DNA of 24,012 bases from Hormoscilla sp. (GCA_051439505.1 JBFRWI010000170.1:1-24012), one strand, 5' to 3'. Shown: positions 8,753-17,656, numbered from the stretch's first letter. Translations and numbers: made by a program. Notes: generated by a model from the sequence alone, not told the origin.

Positions 8753-9652
8753 TTAGCCTAATTTTGTGGATGCCCACAGGACGAGAGGGAGAGTGAAAAA
8801 ACTCATCAGCGTAGAAACGACAACAGTCCGGGCCGCACGGGGAGCATCTCCCCCAAACTGGGTAACTAACACAACTGTAGTCACCGCCGTAGGCATGGCA
8901 GACTGCAACATCAATACTTGTAAATCTAACCCATCCAGGTACAGCAAATAGCGACCGACAAGATAGGCAATTAGTGGTGCCCCCAGCAAACGCAGGGCCG
9001 CAGCAATACCTTCGTAAATTCCCACAACAAAGCGAGTGCTAGCCAATTGCATGCCCAGAATAACCAAGTCAATGGGGATAACTGCATTTCCTAGCATTTC
9101 CACACCTTTATCCAGTTGCCAGGGGAGTTCAATAGCCAAAAGTCGCAGGATTAATCCCGTTAGCATTGCCCAAAATAGAGGCAGTTTGAGGGTTAAGTAC
9201 ACCCCAGCACCAAGGTTACCCCCCTTGAGCAAGGCTGGACCCGTGCCAAATAATATGATAGTGTTCGCTATCAGGCAGACAATGGCTCGTTCTAATCCTG
9301 CTTTTCCCAAGGCAAAGGTAATGAAAGGAAGACCGAGATTTCCGGTATTGGAAAACACAGTGCTAGCAATCAGGCTTTTCTGGACTGGTGCCGGTAACTT
9401 CCAGAGTTTGCCCAATCCCTGAGTCACCAGGTAAACTAGCCAAGAGGTAATTGCAAATCCAGCAATCAAAAGGGCGGTGCGATCGGCTCCCAAGGTGGTC
9501 CGGTACAAGCTGAAGGCGATTAAAGCTGGTGTGAGGATGTAGATGCTTAGTTGAGAAAGGGTTTGCTTCTCTAGGGTCAAGGTGCGAGCAGCGATGAAAC
9601 CCATTAAAATAATGAAGCCGACAGGAACTAGAGCAGGTAAAACAGCAGTCAT
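8753..9652 (-). CDS. AEC family transporter, paralogue 2
   Basis: Same length (299 aa) as, and collinear with, 7543-8442. FSNTGNLGLPF, QSAMPTAVTT. Confidence 0.92.
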   Translation of the reverse strand: MTAVLPALVPVGFIILMGFIAARTLTLEKQTLSQLSIYILTPALIAFSLYRTTLGADRTALLIAGFAITSWLVYLVTQGLGKLWKLPAPVQKSLIASTVFSNTGNLGLPFITFALGKAGLERAIVCLIANTIILFGTGPALLKGGNLGAGVYLTLKLPLFWAMLTGLILRLLAIELPWQLDKGVEMLGNAVIPIDLVILGMQLASTRFVVGIYEGIAAALRLLGAPLIAYLVGRYLLYLDGLDLQVLMLQSAMPTAVTTVVLVTQFGGDAPRAARTVVVSTLMSFFTLPLVLWASTKLG

Positions 9653-9690
9653 GCGATCGCGCCTTTATGAAAACGTCTTGTATATCTTAC

Positions 9691-10629
9691 CTACAGTTCT
9701 TTCTTGTTTGTGCCCTTGTGGCCTTGTCTGTCGGTGCCATGGCCGATCGCCACAACTGCCACCCCCGCAAGCAAGAGGACAGCACCAGCAAATACCTGCA
9801 TAGTAGGAATCTCGCCAAAGATGAGGTAGCCAAGGAAACTAGCGCCAACGGGTTCAAAAAGGACGGAGAGGGCAACCGAGGTGGGGGACATCCAGAGAAG
9901 CGCCCAGTTCAATCCAGTGTGGCCGACCAACTGGGGCAAAATCGCTATTAATAGAATATAGAGATAAACTGCCGGAGAATGGCCCGTGTAGCTGCCGCCG
10001 AATAAGAACGGCATTGGTAAGAGAACTAAGGCGGCAGTGCTGTAGGCAACGGCGATATAGCCCCCCAGACTTATCCCTTGACGCTGGGCCTCCCGACCGA
10101 GAAGCATGTAAAAGCTAGCTGCCCAAGCCCCGATTAAAGCTAGAAAATTCCCTAGGAGGGGATTGCTTCCCGGGTCGCCGCTGCCAGCATCCCCCAAGCC
10201 GATCGGGATACCCCCAGCAATGGCGATCGCAATGCCAGTGGCAGTCGTCAAAGTAATTTTTTCCCGAAACCAAATCCAAGCAAGAAGAGAAACCCAAATG
10301 GGATTAGTGGTCACCAGAGTCGTAGAAGCAGCAATGGAAGTATAACCCAGGGAGGTAATCCAGGTGGGAAAATGTATCGCCAGAAACAGGCCAGCGGCTA
10401 TAGCATAGAGTATCGCCCGGGGGGATTGCTGGCCTAGTTGGACTTTACCCCAAGTGGGCAGCAAAATTAGGGCTGCCAGGGTTAAGCGGGAGGCTGCCAG
10501 CACCAGAGTAAACCCGAGGGCCCGGGTGCCCGCAGCTTCAAAAGCCAAGCGGCTGAAAATAGCGGAGGTGGAAATCGCTAAAACTGCGATCGCCAAGACC
10601 AGGGTAATTTTCCAAACTGGAGGTTTCAT
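9691..10629 (-). CDS. DMT/EamA family transporter
   Basis: ISTSAIF, AGLFLAIHFPTWITSLGYTSIAASTTLVTTNPIWV, REKIT, PQLVGHTGLNWAL, LFEPVGA..LGYLIFGE. Confidence 0.93.
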   Translation of the reverse strand: MKPPVWKITLVLAIAVLAISTSAIFSRLAFEAAGTRALGFTLVLAASRLTLAALILLPTWGKVQLGQQSPRAILYAIAAGLFLAIHFPTWITSLGYTSIAASTTLVTTNPIWVSLLAWIWFREKITLTTATGIAIAIAGGIPIGLGDAGSGDPGSNPLLGNFLALIGAWAASFYMLLGREAQRQGISLGGYIAVAYSTAALVLLPMPFLFGGSYTGHSPAVYLYILLIAILPQLVGHTGLNWALLWMSPTSVALSVLFEPVGASFLGYLIFGEIPTMQVFAGAVLLLAGVAVVAIGHGTDRQGHKGTNKKEL

Positions 10630-10858
10630 CGGGGACAACCCTGAAAAGACTTACGACTAAGTGCCCAAAAACCTACACATCTCTCATATTTGGGCGAAAA
10701 TTCAGTACCAGCGGGATCATTATAGGTAATCAAAATCTTAGACAATTTCCGTATTTTTGCCATACACAGCGGAGTTGGGTTGTGGCTAGAGCTATAAGCA
10801 CAAAGCTAATGAAGCTAATGTAATTCAAATAAACCGAGCATTGGCTGCTCAATGATAC

Positions 10859-11509
10859 ATGAAACATGAATATTATACCCCAGCCCAAGCAGCTAACCTT
10901 TTGGGAGTACATCCAGAGTCCCTGAGAAGATGGGAAAGAGAAGGGAAAATCACGTCGTACAGGACGCCGGGGGGGCAACGCCGTTTCCTCAAAAGGGAAA
11001 TTGAAAGATTTGCAGGCATCGAGTTGCCAACTACAACTGTTTGTTATGCAAGGGTCTCAAGTTATTCCCAACGTGACGATCTTGAGCGACAACTTGAATA
11101 CTTGCGCCTCCACTATCCAGAAGCGGAGTTCATTTCTGAGATTGGAGGAGGGCTTAATTTTAAACGGCGTAAATTTAAGTCCATTTTGGAACGAATTGTC
11201 AAGCAGGATATCCAGCGGCTTGTCGTTGCCCATCGCGACAGACTCTGTCGATTCGGCTACGAAATGGTTGAGTGGCTGTGCAAATACAATGCAGTCCAAC
11301 TCGTGGTTCTCAATGAACAGCAACTCAGCCCAGATCAAGAGCTTGTTCAAGATATGCTGTCCATCATCGGTTGCTTCAGTCCTCGGATCTACGGTTTACG
11401 AAAATACCGAAAAGAAATTAGCGATAAAGTACGGGAAGAACCCATTCAAGAGAAGCCAGAAAATTCTCCAGAACAGGATCCTGAAAATCCCCCTAGTTCG
11501 GACGCCTGA
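10859..11509 (+). CDS. tnpA: IS607-family transposase TnpA (MerR-like HTH plus serine recombinase)
   Basis: AANLLGVHPESLRRWEREGKI..YRTPGGQRRF, CYARVSS (catalytic Ser), GGGLNFKR, VVAHRDRLCRFG, ELVQDMLSIIGCFSPRIYGLR. Confidence 0.95.
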   Translation: MKHEYYTPAQAANLLGVHPESLRRWEREGKITSYRTPGGQRRFLKREIERFAGIELPTTTVCYARVSSYSQRDDLERQLEYLRLHYPEAEFISEIGGGLNFKRRKFKSILERIVKQDIQRLVVAHRDRLCRFGYEMVEWLCKYNAVQLVVLNEQQLSPDQELVQDMLSIIGCFSPRIYGLRKYRKEISDKVREEPIQEKPENSPEQDPENPPSSDA

Positions 11510-11545
11510 TCTGCATGTTATTTGGAAGTGGTAAAGTGCCTGCAA
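11001..11545 (+). pseudogene. tnpB: tnpB 5' relic in an alternative frame overlapping tnpA
   Basis: The frame is open from 11001 to 11534 and ends RILKIPLVRTPDLHVIWKW*SAC, resembling the IS607 TnpB 'KIR.YP..L...W..W..ACR' start. The rest of the nuclease is absent and the true start is unknown. Confidence 0.6.
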
Positions 11546-11583
11546 GGATAGCGCTATTAGAGGATGACTTGGAGAAAAGCTAG

Positions 11584-11981
11584 ATGGCGGAAAAAACCAT
11601 AAAAGTTGCATCATGGGCTGAGATCCGGAAGTGCCGGACAACTAGGAGCAAATCCCTCCAAGCCAACGAACCTTCGAGTTTATGCCCGGACAGGTTATCT
11701 GTAAATTTGGCGCAAAAAATCTCCTATATTGCCCCAATTATTTAACCCTCCAAATTGGCGATCGCCAACATATTATGCTCGACCCGGACTTTTTGCAGTA
11801 TATCAATCATAGCTGCGCTCCAAATGTATTTTTTGATACGAGCGATCTCTTTTTGAGGGCCCTGAGTAAAATTGAAATTGGCGAGGAACTGACTTTCTTC
11901 TATCCATCGACGGAATGGTCGATGGATAGACAATTTGATTGTCTTTGTCAAAGCAAAGATTGCCTAGTTGTCAGTTGCTAG
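11584..11981 (+). pseudogene. SET-domain protein-lysine methyltransferase, frameshifted and C-terminally truncated
   Basis: YINHSCAPNV, GEELTFFYP and post-SET FDCLCQSKDCL. The probable N-terminus MAEKTIKVASWAEIRK...KSLQAN (ATG 11584) is in another frame. The C-terminus runs into AGTTGCT-type heptamers. Confidence 0.75.
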
Positions 11982-12104
11982 TTGCCAGTTGCTAGTTGTC
12001 ATACTCCGGACGATATCGGGTAAAATAGCAGTCATGCGATCGCAGGAATGTCAAACATATTGTATATATTAAAATAGAATCATAGATCGCATGCACAGGA
12101 GAAA

Positions 12105-13385
12105 ATGACAGCATCCCAAGGTTATCGCATCGTAATTGTCGGAGCAGGAATTGGCGGTCTGGTGGCCGCCCGATCGCTTGCCAGTGCTGGCGTCGAGGTG
12201 TTGCTAGTTGACCGCCACAACTACCACAGCTTCATGCCTCTAATTTATCAGGTAGCGGCTGGGAAACTGCCACCAGAGCTAGTTGCCTATCCCATCCGTC
12301 GGATGTTGCGGCGACACAATAATATTAATTTTCTCATGACCGAGGTGAAGCAGATTAATTTTGTCGATCGGGTTCTGGAAACGGACGGGCCAACAATTCC
12401 CTACGATTTTCTCGTACTCGCTGGGAGAAGTCAATCCCAATTTAAAAAAGTTCCCGGTGCGGCAGAACATGCTCTACCATTAACAACTATAGCAGAAGCT
12501 CTCACCCTACGGAACCACTTTCTCCATTGCTTTGAAAGGGCAGTTGCTTTTCGGGATCCAGGGCAACTCCCCCAACTCCTGACCTTTGCGATCGTAGGGG
12601 GCGGTCCGGCAGCGGTAGAATTAGCAGCTGCTTGGATGGAATTGATTAAAGGTCCATTAGCGAAGGATTATCCCGATCTAGATTGGCAGCAGGTGCGAGT
12701 GATAATTTTGCAATCTGCAAACCGTTTACTTCCGCAACTGCCCAGGCGCTTGGGGGAGTACGCACAAAAGCAACTGCGCAAGTTGGGAGTGAAGGTACAT
12801 TTGCAGGCCAGGGTGAGGGAAGTTACTGCCGATGCCGTATATTTAGAAGATGGTACGATTATTAATGCTTCGACGATCGTCTGGACAGCAGGGGGGGAAG
12901 CTACTTTTCGAGATCCTACTGCTGTCGAACCTACTCTCCAGTTGCCAGAACATCCCGAAGTTTATGCTATTGAAGATCTCAGCTTACTGGAAGGGCAAGC
13001 ATTAATTGGAGTTGCCCCGACAGGGCAGCAACTTGGAGTTGCGGTGGCCCGAAACATCCTGTTGCAGCTAAAGGGAGAAGATCCTTTACCTTTTCACGCT
13101 CGAAATCTTGGTAGGGCGGCTATTATTAAGCGTAATGCTGGGGTGGCGAAGTTGGGAAAACTGAATTTGACGGGTTTTCTCCCTTGGTTGCTTTGGTTGG
13201 GGGTTCGCTGGTTTTCTCTACCTGGTTTCCGCAACCGCCTCGCCGTGCTATATCATTGGATCTGTGACTTTCTCTGGGGCGATCGCCCTTATCTGCAGAT
13301 TTTGCCATTCCCAGATGCGATCGCATCCTTTATCCCGGGTCTTGTCACTGAAAGTGAGACGATCGACATTCCTGAAGAAGTATAA
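12105..13385 (+). CDS. Type II NADH dehydrogenase-like FAD-dependent oxidoreductase (motifs diverged)
   Basis: IVIVGAGIGG, HSFMPLIYQVAAG, FAIVGGGP..VELA, TIVWTAG, WLLWLGV...LPGFRNRLAV. AGGAG RBS upstream. Confidence 0.88.
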   Translation: MTASQGYRIVIVGAGIGGLVAARSLASAGVEVLLVDRHNYHSFMPLIYQVAAGKLPPELVAYPIRRMLRRHNNINFLMTEVKQINFVDRVLETDGPTIPYDFLVLAGRSQSQFKKVPGAAEHALPLTTIAEALTLRNHFLHCFERAVAFRDPGQLPQLLTFAIVGGGPAAVELAAAWMELIKGPLAKDYPDLDWQQVRVIILQSANRLLPQLPRRLGEYAQKQLRKLGVKVHLQARVREVTADAVYLEDGTIINASTIVWTAGGEATFRDPTAVEPTLQLPEHPEVYAIEDLSLLEGQALIGVAPTGQQLGVAVARNILLQLKGEDPLPFHARNLGRAAIIKRNAGVAKLGKLNLTGFLPWLLWLGVRWFSLPGFRNRLAVLYHWICDFLWGDRPYLQILPFPDAIASFIPGLVTESETIDIPEEV

Positions 13386-13439
13386 TCAAGGGGTAAGGTG
13401 GGCAGTGCCCACCCTACAGGCTGTTAACAATTAGTAAAG

Positions 13440-14372
13440 ATGAAAGTACCCTCAACTGGACTACAGTCCCTGACTCAGTCGCAACTTGATGCCTGGGTAA
13501 TTCAAGCACAAAACCATGCCCGATCGGGGGGTCAACTACCAGATTATATCCCGGGGCTAGCTGACGCCGATCCGGACTGGTTGGCCGTGCATATCCGCAA
13601 CGTTAATGGTGATATTTATACCTCTGGAGACCTGACCCTGTCTTTTTCGTTAATGAGTGCGGTCAAGCCCTTTGTTTTGCTATACTTGTTAGAGCAGTTG
13701 GGTGCAGAAAGGGTATTTTCCCACGTGGGCATGTTACCGAGCGATCGCCCCTTCAATTCCCTGGACCAACTTCACGAAGATGAGAGTTTTCCGCGCAACC
13801 CGATGCTTAATAGTGGGGCGATCGCCCTCATGTCCCTACTCCCGGGGACAGATGGTTCGTCTCGCTGCGAAAACCTGCGCCTGTGGCTGAATCAAAAGGC
13901 CGATTGCCATCTAGTTTTAGATGAGTTAATATTAGCATCGGTGCGCAGTCTCCGGAATGAAATCAATATCGAGATCGCCTACGAAATAGCTGATGCTGGT
14001 TATCTGCAAGCATCAGTAGCGGTTACTATAGATACCTATAATCAAGTATGTTGTCTGGCTGGAACTGTTGGGGACTTAGCCAGTTTGGGGATGCTGCTAG
14101 TACCATTTCGAGATCGAGTATTAGCAGAAAACTGCCGCATTGTCAAGGCATTAATGACTACCTGCGGTTTGTATGAAAGTTCTGGAAGCTTTGCAGTGCA
14201 GGTGGGACTTCCCACTAAGTCAGGAGTGAGTGGGGCCCTATTGTCAGTGGTGCCAGGAGAAGGGGCGATCGCTTGTTACAGTCCCCCGATCGATGCAGCA
14301 GGTAACTCTATCGGGGGTTTGTTTCTGTTAGAACAACTGGCACGAACTTTGCATCTAAGCCTGTTTGGTTAA
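13440..14372 (+). CDS. glsA: Glutaminase A
   Basis: LPDYIPGL, SAVKPF (SxxK), PFNS, PRNPMLNSGAI, TCGLYESSG.FA..VGLPTKSGVSG, YSPPID..GNS. Confidence 0.95.
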   Translation: MKVPSTGLQSLTQSQLDAWVIQAQNHARSGGQLPDYIPGLADADPDWLAVHIRNVNGDIYTSGDLTLSFSLMSAVKPFVLLYLLEQLGAERVFSHVGMLPSDRPFNSLDQLHEDESFPRNPMLNSGAIALMSLLPGTDGSSRCENLRLWLNQKADCHLVLDELILASVRSLRNEINIEIAYEIADAGYLQASVAVTIDTYNQVCCLAGTVGDLASLGMLLVPFRDRVLAENCRIVKALMTTCGLYESSGSFAVQVGLPTKSGVSGALLSVVPGEGAIACYSPPIDAAGNSIGGLFLLEQLARTLHLSLFG

Positions 14373-14614
14373 AATAATTGTATGGTGCGTTATATTTTGC
14401 ATAACGCAGTATCCCAAAAGGATGGTAATGTTTTCTGATGACATATTCAGCAATCTCCCCTTAACTTAGCCGATCTGATTATACGTGCGATCGGCCCTTG
14501 CATTTTCCCATCTTACCCTAATTTTCCCCGACTGCAACAACTTCGGATAAATACTCGGCCATTAGCAATTAGCAACCATTATCATCCCTTCGTTGTGCAA
14601 CGCCATTTTTCCTT

Positions 14615-14702
14615 GCTAATTGTCTGGTGGGCGGTGCCCACCCTACCCTCATGCGATCGCTAATTGTCTGGTGGGCGGTGCCCACCCTACCCTCATGCGA
14701 TC
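14615..14702. repeat. Perfect 44-bp tandem duplication containing a REP hairpin and HIP1
   Basis: gctaattgtctggtgggcggtgcccaccctaccctcatgcgatc occurs twice (14615-14658, 14659-14702). Confidence 0.92.
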
Positions 14703-14718
14703 GCTATTCACCAATACT

Positions 14719-16242
14719 CTATTCAAACATGCTGGTGAGGCGATCGACCTCATTTTGCGCCACATACATAGGAGCGCCTGCCAGAATGCCAGTAACATTG
14801 CTGAAAGGTTTGCCAATGTGCATTCCCTTACCATCGATCGAGAACTCGCGGATATCCTTATCATGCATGGAACCGCGCATCTTCAGGACAGTTATGCCGC
14901 GACGCATTTCCCCATACATTTCCACATAGCGCAGCAGAATAATCGAGTCAGTAATCGTAGAAATATGGGCTTCCGTGATGGAAGTACCGCCCATGAGGGT
15001 GGGAGTAGTCGAGGTGAACAGACCCCCAACCTCTTGTTTCTTGATAAAAGAAGTCAAGCTAATAATAAATTCCCGAAATCCCTTGAGACTGGAACCCCGT
15101 TCTAATGCTGAGAGACTATCTACCGCCACCCGATTTGGTTTGAATTCCTCAATAATCTCCTTCATCTTAATCAAGTGATTTTCTAAACCCGTAGTTTCTG
15201 GGTAGCGGCAGACTATCTTCAGCATTTTTTCTTTTTCCATCTTCTCAAAGTTAACACCCCAACCAATTGCATTACGATATAGCTGCTCTCTGCTTTCTTC
15301 AAAGGCAAATAACAAACATCGTTCCTGATTGGCAACCCCACCCTCCATAAATTCAGTTACCATCAAGGTTTTACCCGTACCAGTCGCCCCGGACACCAAA
15401 ATAATCGAATCCCGGAAGAACCCACCCCCACACATATGATCTAGTTCCCGACTGCCAGATGTGATGCGGATGTTGGAAGAACGCTGCTCTAGCTCGATCG
15501 CCGAAAGGGGTATAATGATAATGCCTCGATCGGGCACGATGGTGAAAGGAAATTCTCCCTTTTGGTGTTCCGTACCCCGATACTTGAGAATCTCCATAGT
15601 GCGGCGGCGCTTCTCATCTACCAGCACGTTCCGGACGATTACCACATTATCTGCCACAAACTCTTCGACACCGTAACGACTAATCTCGCCGTATTCGGAA
15701 GTTCTCTCTGCCGTCAGCACTGCCGTCACCCCAATTTCCCTTAACACGCAGGAGATACTAAACAGATCGCTGCGGACTTGGGCGCTATCTGCCAGGTGGC
15801 TAAAAATCGCTCCCAGAGAATCCATCGAAACGCGCTGTGCCTTGATTTTGCGAATGGAAAACTCGATCCGCGCTAGCAATGCTCCCAAGTCATATTCGCC
15901 GCTAACCATCGGTTTGTCTCCTGGTTGGGGCGAGGCATCCACAAACGCCCATTTGCCTTCATCCTCCCATTTTTGAATGTTCCAACCGAAGCCCCGCATA
16001 TTTTTCCGGATCGCTTTGGGAGGTTCTTCAAAGGTGACGAATACCCCATTTTCTCCCCGTTTAATGCCCTCAGCGATAAACTGACAGGCAAACACCGTCT
16101 TGGCCGATCCAGCCGTGCCAGCAATCAAAGTTGCCCGACCTTTCGGTAGCCCCCCTTCTGCTAAGAAATCGAACCCTGGAATGCCAGTTTCCAGCTTCTC
16201 TAGCTTCTCCATCGACTCTTGTTCCTGCTCTTGATTCATCAT
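14719..16242 (-). CDS. kaiC3: Circadian clock ATPase KaiC, KaiC3 subtype
   Basis: Two RecA-like domains (GTAGSAKT; GATGTGKT), FEE motifs, HISTITD phosphorylation site, short C-terminus. The N-terminus KLETGIPGFDFL.EGGLP.GRATLIAGTAGSAKT matches my recollection of KaiC3. Confidence 0.93.
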   Translation of the reverse strand: MMNQEQEQESMEKLEKLETGIPGFDFLAEGGLPKGRATLIAGTAGSAKTVFACQFIAEGIKRGENGVFVTFEEPPKAIRKNMRGFGWNIQKWEDEGKWAFVDASPQPGDKPMVSGEYDLGALLARIEFSIRKIKAQRVSMDSLGAIFSHLADSAQVRSDLFSISCVLREIGVTAVLTAERTSEYGEISRYGVEEFVADNVVIVRNVLVDEKRRRTMEILKYRGTEHQKGEFPFTIVPDRGIIIIPLSAIELEQRSSNIRITSGSRELDHMCGGGFFRDSIILVSGATGTGKTLMVTEFMEGGVANQERCLLFAFEESREQLYRNAIGWGVNFEKMEKEKMLKIVCRYPETTGLENHLIKMKEIIEEFKPNRVAVDSLSALERGSSLKGFREFIISLTSFIKKQEVGGLFTSTTPTLMGGTSITEAHISTITDSIILLRYVEMYGEMRRGITVLKMRGSMHDKDIREFSIDGKGMHIGKPFSNVTGILAGAPMYVAQNEVDRLTSMFE

Positions 16243-16325
16243 TTCCCAATTCCAAATTTACAACTGACCAGTGACTGACTGTGGGCACTGCCCACCCTAC
16301 CAACTAACAACTGACCACTAACATG

Positions 16326-16613
16326 CTATTTTTGTTTAGACAGTAAATCTAGCCCTAATAGCACCGTCTCTGTATTTGACATATCCCCAATAATCCGCTG
16401 TAGGGGTGGTGGCAATTGCTTGATCAATGTCGGCGTTACTAGAATTTTATCATCCTCTGCCAGTTGCGGCTGCTCGATCACGTCAATGATCTCCACTTCA
16501 TATTTATCTGCCAGTTCTTCCTCACAGATCCGCAACAAATTGGTGATCGCCCTTTGGGCCCTGGGCGTGTTTCCTGCTATATATAGCTTGAGTATATACT
16601 TATCATTGCTCAT
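16326..16613 (-). CDS. kaiB3: Circadian clock protein KaiB, KaiB3 subtype
   Basis: [51 protein letters not shown]. Confidence 0.93.
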   Translation of the reverse strand: MSNDKYILKLYIAGNTPRAQRAITNLLRICEEELADKYEVEIIDVIEQPQLAEDDKILVTPTLIKQLPPPLQRIIGDMSNTETVLLGLDLLSKQK

Positions 16614-17523
16614 TTTTATTTGGTTCCTTTTGGCTTAACTTCTGATAATTATTGGCGATATTGATTTTATTCAAACCGATAAAGTATTTCCGGTAGTAGG
16701 ATGCCAAGTCCCCCATCAGTTCCAGAACCATCAACCGCCCTTCTGCCACATAAGCCTTAGCCTTAACCGGTGTAGCATCTTGGGTTTTTTGCTTCAAGGT
16801 TGTGGTGTGAATTTCGACCACATCCCGGGGGGCCGCTTTCAGGAAACCCAGTTGTTCTGCCAGCCCGCGCAGCTTGTCCGAAATATTATGCTCCACTTTA
16901 TAAACATGCTGTTCTAATGCTAGTTCCATTAAATCACCATATTGTTGCACTATTTCATTAAATATTTCTGGCACGCCCTCGCGCAAGGGGGTTAAGCCAA
17001 ATAGTTTAGCTGTGATGTTCGTTTTCGGTGAAGACGCTAGCTGATCTAGCAGGAGCATTTCCTGCTCCTGTTGTTCCTGCAACTGGTTGTTTTGGTTGCT
17101 TTCCAACATTTGCAGCTGCTGTTGCTGGCCGTGCGCCAGGCGAATGGCGTATACTAACAATTTACTATCTACTTGGTCTTTTGCCAAATAGCCATGGGCC
17201 CCCAACTGTAGTGCTTGGACGATAATAGTTTCGTCCTTCTCTCCTGTGAGAAGGACGATCGGCAGACTGGGAGCATGCTTTTTGATCTGGACGAGCGTAT
17301 CCACCCCACTGCTGTCGGGCAACCCCAAAGTCAACAGTACCACATCAAAGTCTGCTGTCGCTAGTTGCTCTATCCCCGTGGAGAGCCGGTCAGCGCAGGT
17401 CAACTGGAAAGAAACATTCTTGACAAAGTCAGAAGGCTGGGCCTTGGCCAGCAGATTCAAGACCCGGTCTCTGTCTTCCGGGTCGTCCTCAATCAATAAT
17501 ACCTTGTACGTATTGCGCAGCAT
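16603..17523 (-). CDS. kaiA3: Receiver domain plus KaiA-like helical C-terminus (KaiA3/Sll0485-like)
   Basis: VLLIEDD receiver domain, Gln-rich linker, then [19 protein letters not shown]...[18 protein letters not shown] (KaiA-like). Overlaps kaiB3 by 11 nt. Confidence 0.8.
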   Translation of the reverse strand: MLRNTYKVLLIEDDPEDRDRVLNLLAKAQPSDFVKNVSFQLTCADRLSTGIEQLATADFDVVLLTLGLPDSSGVDTLVQIKKHAPSLPIVLLTGEKDETIIVQALQLGAHGYLAKDQVDSKLLVYAIRLAHGQQQQLQMLESNQNNQLQEQQEQEMLLLDQLASSPKTNITAKLFGLTPLREGVPEIFNEIVQQYGDLMELALEQHVYKVEHNISDKLRGLAEQLGFLKAAPRDVVEIHTTTLKQKTQDATPVKAKAYVAEGRLMVLELMGDLASYYRKYFIGLNKINIANNYQKLSQKEPNKNEQ

Positions 17524-17656
17524 ATCTGGGCCTCTACTCTCCTAACTGCTTTTCGGTCTCGGTCTTGGCCTGGTCGCGATCGCTAATCTTTTCCCTTGGC
17601 TCTATTATCTCTATTATATCTGACCAGAGCTATTTTGTCAAATGTAAAAAAAATCT

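Larger units (their letters stand above)
10790..11545 (+). mobile_element. Truncated IS607-family element (boundaries approximate)
   Basis: tnpA plus the overlapping tnpB 5' relic. Short direct repeats AAGCTAATG x2 near 10803-10820 resemble IS607 left-end repeats. No right end is recognisable. Confidence 0.7.

Noticed and set aside
7826..9422. Paired antisense 128-aa ORFs (7826-8212, 9036-9422)
   Set aside because: They are shadows of the duplicated AEC genes; their similarity follows from the duplication.
9680..9694. NtcA site upstream of AEC paralogue 2
   Set aside because: Spacing is GTA-N9-TAC rather than N8, and it is not preserved in the other two promoter copies.
14620..15744. Plus-strand ORFs opposite kaiC3, and similar shadow ORFs over glmU, the DMT gene, frmA and the Uma2 genes
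   Set aside because: They are antisense or alternative-frame ORFs over well-supported genes and have no recognisable motifs.
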